DNA from: an uncultured bacterium
GTDB taxonomy: Bacteria; Verrucomicrobiota; Verrucomicrobiia; Verrucomicrobiales; DEV007
DNA: 64,000 nt
Reading direction: 5' to 3'
Assembly: GCA_963977015.1 (NCBI GenBank)
Contig: CAXBMO010000003.1
Coordinates: forward strand, 160,001-224,000
The position numbers and the translations under genes are program-made. Of this stretch, positions 28,723 through 38,229 are shown in pieces (the stretch's first letter is position 1; every line of letters starts with the position of its first letter). The notes under the pieces are model-generated. The model had not been told where the DNA came from. It saw nothing but the letters and a program-made list of their open reading frames with translations, and ran no database searches.

Positions 28723-29709
28723 ATGCGCTCTGTAGTATTGCTACTGTTGTTCCAGATCTCGGTCTGTGTGGGCGAGGAGCTTGCGCGTCAGGAATTTCCC
28801 ACCAATTACGCTCCCGCCCCGGACATCCGGGCGGCACTTGAAGAGGTGCTTTCACCGGAGGGGCGCTTTGTGGTGCTGGGCAATAAGGGCAAAGTCCTGG
28901 TGATTGATCGTGCAGCTCATCTGAAAGCTGCTTCGGAGGCTCTCTCCGCGATGGATTCCCCAAACCCTGAGGTTCAACTTAGTCTGGGAGTCAGGACCGG
29001 TGGCCAGCGCCGTCCCTCGGGCAACACGAATGTTCTGGGGCCAGTCCAATCACGCTCAAGTTTTCCGTTTCCGACTGAATTCGATCCACCACGTATTCTG
29101 GTTGGTCCAAATGGAACCTATGCGGTGATTCCCGCGCATCCCAAGAATTTTCAACGGCGCAACCTTGGGGTGACGATGGAGACTGATGCAACCATCAACC
29201 CGGACGGGAGCATCAACCTTTCCATCAATCGGGAGGATGTAGAGTTCCAGGGCTTCATCAACTACGGCTCGCCCATTCTCTCTTTGGGGAACGCCGCTTC
29301 GATGCCGATTCTCAATCAAACCGGCAATCCGATGTTTTTTGCCCCCTTCATCACGGAGAACAAGATTTTGGTGCCCATTTTTGAAACGACCCGCATCGCA
29401 ACCTCAGTCGTCGTTTATCCTCAGCTTCAGGATGACTTCGTTCGTTTGCATCTTCTCCCGGAGCTAAGCGTAAGTGAGGAGGAGATGGGATGGAAGAATC
29501 GTCGAATCCAGCTTCGAGAATTTCGGACGGTCATTGACCTCCAAAATGGCAAGGTCGCGACACTTTCCGGCTTTACCGGCGCGCCCAAGGATTTTGGAGA
29601 GCATTTTTTCAGCACGGCGAATGAGGCTGATGGGGCTACACAAATCGTCCTGAAGGCACAGGTTCGTCCAGCAAAGAGTCCGGAGAAGAGGGAACAACTC
29701 AAGGATTGA
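28723..29709 (+). CDS. Short secretin-like protein (N3-type domain + secretin beta region)
   Basis: Signal peptide; 'APDIRAALEEVLSPEGRF..LVID' N-domain; 'RNLGVTME..VEFQGFINYGSPI..PIFETTRIATSV'. Confidence 0.6.
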   Translation: MRSVVLLLLFQISVCVGEELARQEFPTNYAPAPDIRAALEEVLSPEGRFVVLGNKGKVLVIDRAAHLKAASEALSAMDSPNPEVQLSLGVRTGGQRRPSGNTNVLGPVQSRSSFPFPTEFDPPRILVGPNGTYAVIPAHPKNFQRRNLGVTMETDATINPDGSINLSINREDVEFQGFINYGSPILSLGNAASMPILNQTGNPMFFAPFITENKILVPIFETTRIATSVVVYPQLQDDFVRLHLLPELSVSEEEMGWKNRRIQLREFRTVIDLQNGKVATLSGFTGAPKDFGEHFFSTANEADGATQIVLKAQVRPAKSPEKREQLKD

Positions 29710-31852
29710 TCGGAGCGCCGATCCCGGCCAGCCAAACCAGAAGCTGCACGACCAGGTAGCAGACTCCAATCGAGACAAGGAACCCGATCCAGTCTTTCGG
29801 TCTTGGCTTGGTAAACTCCCAGTCGGTTCCGGGGAATAATCGCTGGCTCTCAAAACGGCCGGGTTGAGAGTAGGATTTCTCCAGGTTTCGCAGATCTACG
29901 TTTGGATCACGGTTCACTTCGGTTTTCATCTTCGCGAAATAGCGGTTCAGGGCCTTTTGGTCGTCACGGGGCGTGCAGAGGCTCGCAATCAACAGGATCA
30001 GAAATGGCAGAACCAGTCGGAGCGGAAGCCGCAAAGTCTCCAATGTCGCCTTTGAGGCGCCGGAGAGGTCGAATCCCAACCCATAGTAGAGCAGGAAATC
30101 CACATTGAGAGCGCCTCTTCCGCTTTTGGCGCTGACATCCTCCTGAATCGTCGTGGTGGTGTTTCCCTCAACGGCTTCCGAAACGGTTTTCAGCTTTGTT
30201 TCACCCACGCGTTGAATTCCTCCCTTCCAGAAAATGGAGGCACCTCCGGTCCTGGTTACAACTTCTATCAACTCTCCCAAGTTGGCGGCGGGTGGTTCCG
30301 GAATTCGAGTAAGGAAGGTGGGTTCACTTTTGGCTTCGGGAGATTCTGACACCCCCAACCATGCCTCATGACGTGCGACATCGGCAGCCGTGGCTGGTCT
30401 TTTTGTTGTTTTGGTTACGAGGTGAGTTGTGGCGGTTAACTCAGGATTGGTCCTCATTCCCGGGACGATCTGGGGGAGTAGCGGAGGTAGCACGAAAAAG
30501 AGGAAAAAGGTTATCGAGATGGTAATCCATACTGCGGTCCGGTTCGCGCGCCGCCAATACATCCCCACCCAGAATGGAGCGGCGAAAAGGATCGGCAGTT
30601 CGACCGCTAATTTGAACTGCCCAAATACATCGGACATCGTTAGTGCGATCACCGCCGCCCCGACAATGATGAGCAGGCCTGTCAATCTGGCGAGGAGAAG
30701 GTACTGCCGTTCGCTCGCGTTCGGGTTGATGTAAGGCGCATAAAAATTGCGAACGACCAAGGCCGAAGTCACGATCATGTAAGTATCGGCGGAGCTCATC
30801 ATCGCGGCCATCAGGCACGCCAGCATCAATCCAACAAGCCCAAGGTTCAGCGGTCCAAGAATCTCCCGGGCGGCAACGCCCCACACCCGATCCGGATCGA
30901 GTGCAATCTCAGCATTTCCGGCCAGGAGCGCCAGGGCAATCAAGGCGGTGATGGCCCAGCCAACCGTGCAAAGACGCTTTAAAAAATTTCCGGTCACCAA
31001 GCCGATCCGGGCTTCATCCTCGCTCTTTGCAGATCCGCCGCCCGTTGCGATGAAATGCGGGTTCACGACGATTCCGATCAACACGAGCAGGGTAAGTGAA
31101 ACAATATACTGAATCGGGAACTCCCCGGCGCTGGGGCCGCCAAACAGGCTGAAGTAGTCGGACGAGACCCGTTGATGCATGATCCCGAAACCGTCCATGA
31201 TCGACTGCGTCGCAGGATCTCCAAACTCTTTGACCAATGCCCATAGGCCGAATGGAATCAGGATAATGGAGAGAATGATGATAAAAATGCCCTGGATCAG
31301 GTCAGTCCAATACGCGGCGGTCAGCCCTCCCAACACTCCGTAGACAATCACAATCAAGGAGATCGTCGGCACGAGGATGAACTTCAATTCCAGCCCCCAA
31401 AGTTGGTCGATCCCCATGAGCGGAACTGCGAATTTGGCGATCGCGCTGAGCATCGTTGAGAGATAGAACATGTAAAAGACGATCGCGAAGAGGGTGAACG
31501 CGAAGCCCAGGCCCTTGGATTGATAGCGCTCCACAAACCAATCCCCGAGCGTGAGGTGGCGCATTCGTCGATACCAAACCGCCGTGATCCAATAGATTGG
31601 AGTCACAAAAAGCCACATGAGGGCCGACCACACACCGCTGAGTCCACTGGTCCATACCGTTCTCCCGACGGTGACGGGTTCATGAGCCCCGGTCCCGGCG
31701 CCAAACGCTGCAAAGGTCTGCAACAGCTTACCAAAGCCGCGTCCGCCCATGAAGTAGTCCTCCTGCTTCTTCACTTTTCGCATCGCCCATAAACCGATTG
31801 CGACCATGGTGATGAAGTAGGTAACGAGAACGAAGTAATCGATGGGGGTCAT
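29699..31852 (-). CDS. Sodium:solute symporter family protein with large loop insertion
   Basis: 'EDYFMGGRGFGK', 'GGLTAAYWTDLIQG', 'AAMMSSAD'. Confidence 0.9.
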   Translation of the reverse strand: MTPIDYFVLVTYFITMVAIGLWAMRKVKKQEDYFMGGRGFGKLLQTFAAFGAGTGAHEPVTVGRTVWTSGLSGVWSALMWLFVTPIYWITAVWYRRMRHLTLGDWFVERYQSKGLGFAFTLFAIVFYMFYLSTMLSAIAKFAVPLMGIDQLWGLELKFILVPTISLIVIVYGVLGGLTAAYWTDLIQGIFIIILSIILIPFGLWALVKEFGDPATQSIMDGFGIMHQRVSSDYFSLFGGPSAGEFPIQYIVSLTLLVLIGIVVNPHFIATGGGSAKSEDEARIGLVTGNFLKRLCTVGWAITALIALALLAGNAEIALDPDRVWGVAAREILGPLNLGLVGLMLACLMAAMMSSADTYMIVTSALVVRNFYAPYINPNASERQYLLLARLTGLLIIVGAAVIALTMSDVFGQFKLAVELPILFAAPFWVGMYWRRANRTAVWITISITFFLFFVLPPLLPQIVPGMRTNPELTATTHLVTKTTKRPATAADVARHEAWLGVSESPEAKSEPTFLTRIPEPPAANLGELIEVVTRTGGASIFWKGGIQRVGETKLKTVSEAVEGNTTTTIQEDVSAKSGRGALNVDFLLYYGLGFDLSGASKATLETLRLPLRLVLPFLILLIASLCTPRDDQKALNRYFAKMKTEVNRDPNVDLRNLEKSYSQPGRFESQRLFPGTDWEFTKPRPKDWIGFLVSIGVCYLVVQLLVWLAGIGAPINP

Positions 31853-32006
31853 GGGCGGGGTTCAGGAACTGGAACGACCCTAGAAGTTTTCGAATCCGGC
31901 AACAAGGATGTTTTCTGCCCGGCAGAATTCGCAAAATTGATAAAGAGTTCTTCAAGCTCTCGCAAAATTGACATTATCTGCTTCCAAAGTAATTTATGAC
32001 TTTGTC

Positions 32007-32966
32007 ATGAGCACTAACCGCCCCATCAAGCTCTTTATTGGTTCATCAACGGAATACTTGGACGTCGCCGAGACCGTCAAAGCCAAACTTTCCCAACAGC
32101 CGTGGATTTCGCCGCAATTGTGGACGGAGGTATTCCCTCCCGGGGCAACTGTTATTGAAGGGCTCGAAGATGTTCTCCGCGAATTTCGCTATGCCGCGTT
32201 CCTGATCGGCGATGAAGACAAGGCCTTGATTCGACGCAAGCGGGAGTCTGTAACCCGCGACAACGTCTGGTTTGAAGCTGGACTGTTTGTGGGGCGAAGA
32301 GGGCGCCAGAACACCTTTCTTTTTTATCCCTTCGACCGGAAGCCAAAAATGCCGTCAGACCTGGAAGGATTGGTGCTGTGTCCTTTTGAAAAGGGCAAAG
32401 GAAAGCAGGCCCTACCCGACGTGGAGAGGGCGTGCCAGGAGGTTGTTACCTCCATCCAAAGGAAGGAGCAAAATCCTCGTGTCGCCCTGAACGAAGCGGT
32501 GGAAATGCTGGAAGAGGCCCGAAGATTGGCGGCCGCTCCGAACCGTGACGTGAACAAGAAGTTTGCGCGTCTGCTGGCTGAGGCCTTGGATTGCATCGAG
32601 CGGCATGGTCAGGATTGCGTTGACGCGCTCGAGACGCATTTCGATCAATTGGTCAATTCGGCGCTCGACGTGGTCGAGGAGAATCCGAATTTCGCGCCCT
32701 TGATCGCCTCAGAAGAGAGTCTCGAGGACTTTGCCAATGACTTTTACAGGCTCCTGCAGAGGACCAAACAGTTGGCGAAGTTTGACGACATCTTCCTGCC
32801 TCCCTTTCTTCCCGCAATTACCCGATTCGCCTATCCTCCGGCCATCGAAGCAATGACCCATCAACTTCGTTCGCTTTCCGACTCGCCCTTTCCGAAAGAA
32901 GTGCGCGAACACGCGGCCGATCTTCTTGCTCAGACTCACCAGCGCTGGCTTGCAACTCTTCCATGA
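32007..32966 (+). CDS. TIR-like domain (Cap12/Pycsar-effector type) fused to an unknown helical domain
   Basis: 'KLFIGSSTE', 'TRDNVWFEAGLFVG' and 'PSDLEG'. Start placed at ATG 32007. Confidence 0.82.
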   Translation: MSTNRPIKLFIGSSTEYLDVAETVKAKLSQQPWISPQLWTEVFPPGATVIEGLEDVLREFRYAAFLIGDEDKALIRRKRESVTRDNVWFEAGLFVGRRGRQNTFLFYPFDRKPKMPSDLEGLVLCPFEKGKGKQALPDVERACQEVVTSIQRKEQNPRVALNEAVEMLEEARRLAAAPNRDVNKKFARLLAEALDCIERHGQDCVDALETHFDQLVNSALDVVEENPNFAPLIASEESLEDFANDFYRLLQRTKQLAKFDDIFLPPFLPAITRFAYPPAIEAMTHQLRSLSDSPFPKEVREHAADLLAQTHQRWLATLP

Positions 32967-33197
32967 GCTTTTGAAGCCGAATCCGAAACTTCTCCGCCGC
33001 TGACTCGGTGAGAACCCGGTCCGGTAATCCGTGGAAAATATCGTCGAGGAGCTGGCTGAGGTAAACCATGGTTCGAATCATATCCTTCCCGGTTTATAAT
33101 TTCAATAACTAAAAAGGTGGAAAATGCCTTAGTTTCTACTATTTCTGATTATTCAGCTCCAAAAATAAGAATTTTCTTATCGCCCCGAGCGAATCCT

Positions 33198-34436
33198 TCA
33201 GCTTTCTCGTGCCAGAAGGGCGGCAAAAGCTCCATCAAATCCATCTCTCCAGGGGAGAACCGCCTCCATTGAAATCAACGCGAACTGCGGATTCTTGAGA
33301 AGGAATTGCTCGACCACCCCTTCATTCTCTTCGCGGTCAATACTGCAGGTGCTGTAGATGAATTTTCCTCCGAGTGCGATGGCTGAGGAGACCGAGGATA
33401 GTATGTCGAACTGCAATTTCGCAAGTTCCTCAAAGTCCCGTTTTCCCAAACGCCAGCGCACATCGATTCGGCGTCGAATGACACCGGTATTGCTGCAGGG
33501 AACATCGACAAGTGCTTTTGAAAATTGCCCCAACTCCTCTCGTTGGGCATCGTTCAGTTCCAACCAATTGATCGTCGCGGTTTTCGAGCTCTGGACGCCA
33601 AGACGTTTCAAATTCTCTGACATTCTCTCGACTCTCCTGGGCGAAGAGTCTGCGGCCAGAATGCTTCCCTGATCTTTCATCCGGCAGGCAATCGCGAACG
33701 TCTTCCCTCCCGGCGCAGCGCAGGCGTCGAGAACCCGATCGCCCGCTTGCGGGTCGAGCATTCGAATCGCCAGCGCGGTGGAAGGATCCTGTGCGTAGAC
33801 TTGCCCTTCCTGAATTGCCTTCTTGGGCAAGGCGCCATGCGCGCAGAGATAATCAGGATCACTCGGCACAGGGGAAACGTCCTGAAGGGCCTGGGTTTCC
33901 TTTCGAAGCGTATTGATCCGCAAGTAAACGGGAGATGGCCGCTGATTCCATTCCCCCAGCGCGATTGCATCGTACTCTCCAAAGTCCCTTTTCCACCGCT
34001 TCCACAGAAACTCGGGAATCGACAGGCGAATCGCCGGCGGCAGCGAGCCGACTCGCTTCTCGATTTCCTCTTTCTCCGCCAACGCCCGCCGAAGGACGGC
34101 ATTAACCACGCCTTTTGCCCAACCATTTGCCAATTTCACGGTTTCATTGACCGCGGCATGAGCGGGACTCTCCATGAAGAGAACCTCCGCGATCCCCAAT
34201 CTCAGCACTCGTTTCGTTTTCGGATCCAGTTTTCCGTCCGTCAACTCTTTGACCAAGTGATCGAGGAGCGTTCGGTTCCGGATCACCGTGTAGACAAGTT
34301 GTTGGAGCAAGGGGCGGTCATTCTGACTCAATACCTGCTTGCGCACCCGCTCTTCAATCAGATCAGCAGCATACGTATCGCCCTGTTCCCATTCTCGAAG
34401 CAGTTCGAGCGCTACTCGTCGGGCAGGTCGACTCAT
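33198..34436 (-). CDS. rsmB: 16S rRNA m5C967 methyltransferase RsmB/Sun
   Basis: NusB-like N-terminus ('HAAVNETVKL'), 'LDACAAPGGKT', 'DVPCSNTG', 'YSTCS'. Start ATG 34436 overlaps the upstream stop (ATGA). Confidence 0.9.
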   Translation of the reverse strand: MSRPARRVALELLREWEQGDTYAADLIEERVRKQVLSQNDRPLLQQLVYTVIRNRTLLDHLVKELTDGKLDPKTKRVLRLGIAEVLFMESPAHAAVNETVKLANGWAKGVVNAVLRRALAEKEEIEKRVGSLPPAIRLSIPEFLWKRWKRDFGEYDAIALGEWNQRPSPVYLRINTLRKETQALQDVSPVPSDPDYLCAHGALPKKAIQEGQVYAQDPSTALAIRMLDPQAGDRVLDACAAPGGKTFAIACRMKDQGSILAADSSPRRVERMSENLKRLGVQSSKTATINWLELNDAQREELGQFSKALVDVPCSNTGVIRRRIDVRWRLGKRDFEELAKLQFDILSSVSSAIALGGKFIYSTCSIDREENEGVVEQFLLKNPQFALISMEAVLPWRDGFDGAFAALLARES

Positions 34437-35587
34437 TGGGAGGCCTTGGCTTTCGCTTTCCGCAATCTGGTGAAGGCAAAGAAGATAAGGATCAGAGCAA
34501 CAATCCCCAAGGGGATGCTCAACAAGGGGCGATAAACAACCCAGGCAATTGCGATAACCATGAGCGAAATCGCCGCCGTGAGAATTCCCGCAATAAACCC
34601 GGTTCCGGCACCCACCACATTCCCAATGAGAGGAACCACATCGGCAAGAACCGAAAGCGGGCGCAGGATCGTCGCCAAGCCGATAAACATCACCAGCCAT
34701 CCAACGAATCTCAATATCCAGGTGAAAAGCTTGTTCTTCTCCTGCTCTATCTGAACCACGCCTTCCTTCCCCAGCTCTCCCATCGCCAGTAGTCCGAAGC
34801 TCTTTCCGTTTTTGGCCAGGTAACGCTCAAAAGTCTTGCCCTTTTGATTGGCAATCACGCTGACCACCCCGGGCTCTACCAGTCTGAAGGTCACCTGGAA
34901 GTCACCAATCTGGGGACTGCTGTGATCCCCGCGATAGTAGGAATTACCGACGACAGCGAACTGCGAACGCTTTGCTTCCGGTAGGTTCTGGAAAGTCTCG
35001 TCGTTGAGCGTGATGGTCTCAGATCGATTCATCTGATTGATGAGAAACGGGGGGAGCTTGAAATTGCCAAGCGTGACATTTTTGGCGACCAGGGTGGACT
35101 CTTCAAAGGGGAATCGCGGGTTGATATACCCTTCTTCCTTGAATCGATTGGAATCGATCCACCGGTTGGCCCAAATCTTTTCGTAGTCGTAGGTTGTGAC
35201 CGTTTCCTCACCCCCTCCCAACTTTTTCCGTGTCTCGGTCACCTTCTTCTCCTGCCATTGCAGCATCTGAACATCCCGCGTCAGCTTGATCGCATTGGCG
35301 GTGATTCCAAACTCCGCGTCCGCGAGAATCTCGTCGGTCGTTGCCAATCCCGTGGTATGGACGGGAAGTCCTTCATATTCCGAGCCGGGATTGTCTGCAT
35401 CAACCGTTACAACCTCCTTAAGAAGCTGATTCAAGCCGGCGATCGTTTCCGCTGATCGCTTCTCATTGATCCACAAGACTGGAAAACCAATGATGAAGAG
35501 AATGATACCAATCACTACGCCCTTGATCGATTGACCAAGTCGACCAAACCAACTGGTGCTGGAAGTTTCGCGAGTCGCCATCGTCAT
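34433..35587 (-). CDS. TMEM43 (DUF1625) family membrane protein
   Basis: N-terminal TM 'LWINE', 'LTRDVQMLQWQE', 'PQIGDF', and three C-terminal TMs ('TWILR', 'IAIAWVVYRP'). Confidence 0.85.
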   Translation of the reverse strand: MTMATRETSSTSWFGRLGQSIKGVVIGIILFIIGFPVLWINEKRSAETIAGLNQLLKEVVTVDADNPGSEYEGLPVHTTGLATTDEILADAEFGITANAIKLTRDVQMLQWQEKKVTETRKKLGGGEETVTTYDYEKIWANRWIDSNRFKEEGYINPRFPFEESTLVAKNVTLGNFKLPPFLINQMNRSETITLNDETFQNLPEAKRSQFAVVGNSYYRGDHSSPQIGDFQVTFRLVEPGVVSVIANQKGKTFERYLAKNGKSFGLLAMGELGKEGVVQIEQEKNKLFTWILRFVGWLVMFIGLATILRPLSVLADVVPLIGNVVGAGTGFIAGILTAAISLMVIAIAWVVYRPLLSIPLGIVALILIFFAFTRLRKAKAKASQ

Positions 35588-35636
35588 CCCATTGCATCAG
35601 AATCGCCCCTTCACAAGTTGCCATTCTGTTAGGATT

Positions 35637-36395
35637 CTATTCGGGGCGGGGAAACATTTCTTGGTGGAGCTTGTAAATCCGGATCAGTTCCTGGATCGGG
35701 TGCTCATGATCATCAACTCGGATGTCTCGGAATCGATCATTCAACCCCGCGTAGCCCCACCCATCTTTTACGACGAGCAGACATGCCGACTGTTTTCCTC
35801 GCCTGTCGCCTCCGGCGTTCTGCCCAGCTTCAAGAGCGGCAAGTAATCTCGCCCCCAGCGCTCCCTTGCTCTTCAGGAACGCTTCCTCCATCGCTGTAAT
35901 CACAGATTCGCCTGCCAGGAGATTCCCTTGGATTGCATAGCCCTCACCCACCAGATGAAGGGCTGCATCATCGCAGGCTAGCCCCGTATAAGCCGCAGAC
36001 CGGCCTTTTGCTGACACAATGCCGAGTTGCCGCATCTCCTTATGGGGATCTGCGTCTGTCATGATTTTAACGACCTCCTCCGGATCCGTTCCCAGGCGCA
36101 GCAACTGCAATGCGATTGGCCCATATCTCACATTTGCGAGGGATTGAGTCGCGACGGCTCCAACTCCTGCCTCCGCCCACGGGACGATGGCTCCAACTCC
36201 AACGATTTTCGACTGCACCGCAATTCCCAACTCCCCGGTTTCCGGGTCCAGGGCAACTATCGAAAAGGTGTTTGCTCGATTCGGAGTCGAAATATCGCCG
36301 GCCTGACCCAGACCACAAAGACTCAAGATCAAAGCGGCGCTTCCCAGCAATCGCTTCGCACGGAATATCCGATGATGGTGGTGATGAAACCTCAA
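35637..36395 (-). CDS. DUF1028 family (Ntn-hydrolase-like) protein, exported
   Basis: 'TFSIVALDPETGELGIAVQS', 'GAVATQ', 'QGNLL', 'GGDRRGKQSA', 'DIRVDDH'. Confidence 0.9.
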   Translation of the reverse strand: MRFHHHHHRIFRAKRLLGSAALILSLCGLGQAGDISTPNRANTFSIVALDPETGELGIAVQSKIVGVGAIVPWAEAGVGAVATQSLANVRYGPIALQLLRLGTDPEEVVKIMTDADPHKEMRQLGIVSAKGRSAAYTGLACDDAALHLVGEGYAIQGNLLAGESVITAMEEAFLKSKGALGARLLAALEAGQNAGGDRRGKQSACLLVVKDGWGYAGLNDRFRDIRVDDHEHPIQELIRIYKLHQEMFPRPE

Positions 36396-36405
36396 TGAAG
36401 GGAAC

Positions 36406-37083
36406 CTATGGCCTGAAGGTGCGGATGGATCCGTTAAAGGGATCTATCTGAACTGAAAAATAATTATAGATTTCAGTGGTCTGAGCACTTTCCGGGCGCT
36501 CTTCAATCATCGTAATATACCAATTTTTACTCTGCACATTGTCCGAGTTGCTATTGGCCATGTTGAGGTTCGTAGAGCCATCTGGATGAAAGCGGAAGGA
36601 TCGATAGGACACTTCTTGGATTCCGCCGCCAAACCTGTTCAGATCACTCACGGTGGTCTCAGTTCCTCTCTCCAGTATCGAGGAGAGATTGCACCCTTTT
36701 GAGCTGCTCGTTGCGAAGATCAATGGATCATTCAAGGTATAAATTTCCGAAATGGGAACCAACTCGCCCTCCGGGCTGTATTGAAAAAATTGCATCGCGC
36801 GAAACTCTTTAGTCGGTTGAGCATTGTCCAGGTCTTGAAATTTATAGAACCTGACTTCAACATCCGAGTTGGTCGACAAGGCCTTTTGCTGGGCAAGGGT
36901 CAGCCAGTTTCTGAACATATCGCCTTGTGTCGCCAACTCGCTGGAGCGCATCAGGCTGAAGATGTTGGGAGCAGCCATCGCCAACAGAAAAGCGATGACG
37001 CTGATAACAACCATCAGCTCCGCCAAGGAGAAACCGTTAATCCTCTTCGAGCTGGGCTGAGGGCTTGATTTTTGAACATTCAT
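36406..37083 (-). CDS. Verru_Chthon cassette protein D (pilin-like)
   Basis: 'NG|FSLAELM', 'VEVRFY', 'FRFHPDGSTNL', 'VQIDPFNG'. Confidence 0.85.
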   Translation of the reverse strand: MNVQKSSPQPSSKRINGFSLAELMVVISVIAFLLAMAAPNIFSLMRSSELATQGDMFRNWLTLAQQKALSTNSDVEVRFYKFQDLDNAQPTKEFRAMQFFQYSPEGELVPISEIYTLNDPLIFATSSSKGCNLSSILERGTETTVSDLNRFGGGIQEVSYRSFRFHPDGSTNLNMANSNSDNVQSKNWYITMIEERPESAQTTEIYNYFSVQIDPFNGSIRTFRP

Positions 37084-37102
37084 CAGAAAAACGTCGTGGG
37101 TT

Positions 37103-38197
37103 TTAGGAATTGGAAGGAATCGGGGTCATCCACTTCGCGCCTTGAATCGCAACCGTGGTACTAAATACTTTGTAGCGGATTCGCATTCCTTCTGAAGATG
37201 TCGTTGCAGAAGTTTCTTCGAGAGCTTCGATCAGATCATCGATATCATCTTCGTATTGGGAAGAGTCTTTCATCCAGTTTCCCGACATGCCCAGTCGGTC
37301 AAAGAAGGGGCTGTCCCCATATTTTTCCTCGAGCCGTATCGCAGAAGTCTCGTCGATCGCCACCATCGTTACTCTAACCAATGGGGGAAGCTGATGCTTT
37401 AACAAGGAAGAGTTAGGGTCTTGGGACGCATCGCCCAAGGGGTATTGCGAATCGTATTTGTAGTTCTTGGAAAGGATGGCCTCATCCCGGCCGCCACCCC
37501 CATCAATCTCAGCGATCGCCTTTCGGGGCATGAAGACAAGGGTAAGAATGTTTTCGGCGAGGGGACGAGAATATTCTTCAAGATCGTGTTCCCACCAGTC
37601 TGTGAAAAACTTTCCCGTTCCAGTGTCCACGTTTTCCGCATGATTGACGTAAACGCGGTTTTCTTCCGACGGGGGGAGATACTCCATCAGTCGATACCGT
37701 TTGCGTTCCGGGGCTTCGACAAAACAAGGCCGGAAGGGTTCGTCGCTATTGAAGATCACATAGTAGCCGCGGGCATTCATCAAATTGGACAGTTGTCCAT
37801 ACTCCGAGCGATGACTAACTCCAAGCGGGGCTTGGAAAAACAGCGCATGCCCAGGCCGGTCTCCGCTTACTCCGGATAAATCATCAGAATAGGTGATTTG
37901 GAAATTGAGTTCTGACTTCACCTCAAACTCCGTCGGCGTGATGTTGTCCTCGTCAGTTTCCTCTTGTTCCACGTAGGTGTTCAGTGTGGCCTGACCCAAA
38001 TTCTTGGTGATGATATCAAAGGCCACTCGAGCCTCACGAAACTGGGAGACCCTTCCCTGAGCCAGTTCCCAACTCCGTTGGGTTTGATCGAGAATTCCAA
38101 CAAACATCAGCATGATCGCCGACAGAATTGTCATGGAAACCATCAGCTCAATTAAAGAAAAAGCCTGAGATTTGAGGGCGGGTTTTGGATTCTTCAT
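37103..38197 (-). CDS. Verru_Chthon cassette protein C (pilin-like)
   Basis: 'QA|FSLIELM', 'QATLNTY', 'FFQAPLG', 'QLPPLVRVTMVAIDE'. Confidence 0.85.
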   Translation of the reverse strand: MKNPKPALKSQAFSLIELMVSMTILSAIMLMFVGILDQTQRSWELAQGRVSQFREARVAFDIITKNLGQATLNTYVEQEETDEDNITPTEFEVKSELNFQITYSDDLSGVSGDRPGHALFFQAPLGVSHRSEYGQLSNLMNARGYYVIFNSDEPFRPCFVEAPERKRYRLMEYLPPSEENRVYVNHAENVDTGTGKFFTDWWEHDLEEYSRPLAENILTLVFMPRKAIAEIDGGGGRDEAILSKNYKYDSQYPLGDASQDPNSSLLKHQLPPLVRVTMVAIDETSAIRLEEKYGDSPFFDRLGMSGNWMKDSSQYEDDIDDLIEALEETSATTSSEGMRIRYKVFSTTVAIQGAKWMTPIPSNS

Positions 38198-38229
38198 CTG
38201 CTTTGAAACTTTGATGATCGAGAAAGGGA

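Noticed and set aside
32007-32966. Complete CBASS, Pycsar or Thoeris operon
   Set aside because: No cyclase, ThsA-type or accessory genes adjacent.
34437-34700. Cys-rich 88-aa N-terminal extension of RsmB in the ORF track
   Set aside because: Overlaps the TMEM43 gene in another frame; the real start is ATG 34436 (ATGA coupling).
36372-36386. His5 run at the DUF1028 N-terminus as a metal-binding tag
   Set aside because: It lies in the presumed signal peptide n-region, or upstream of the true start, so it would not be in the mature protein.
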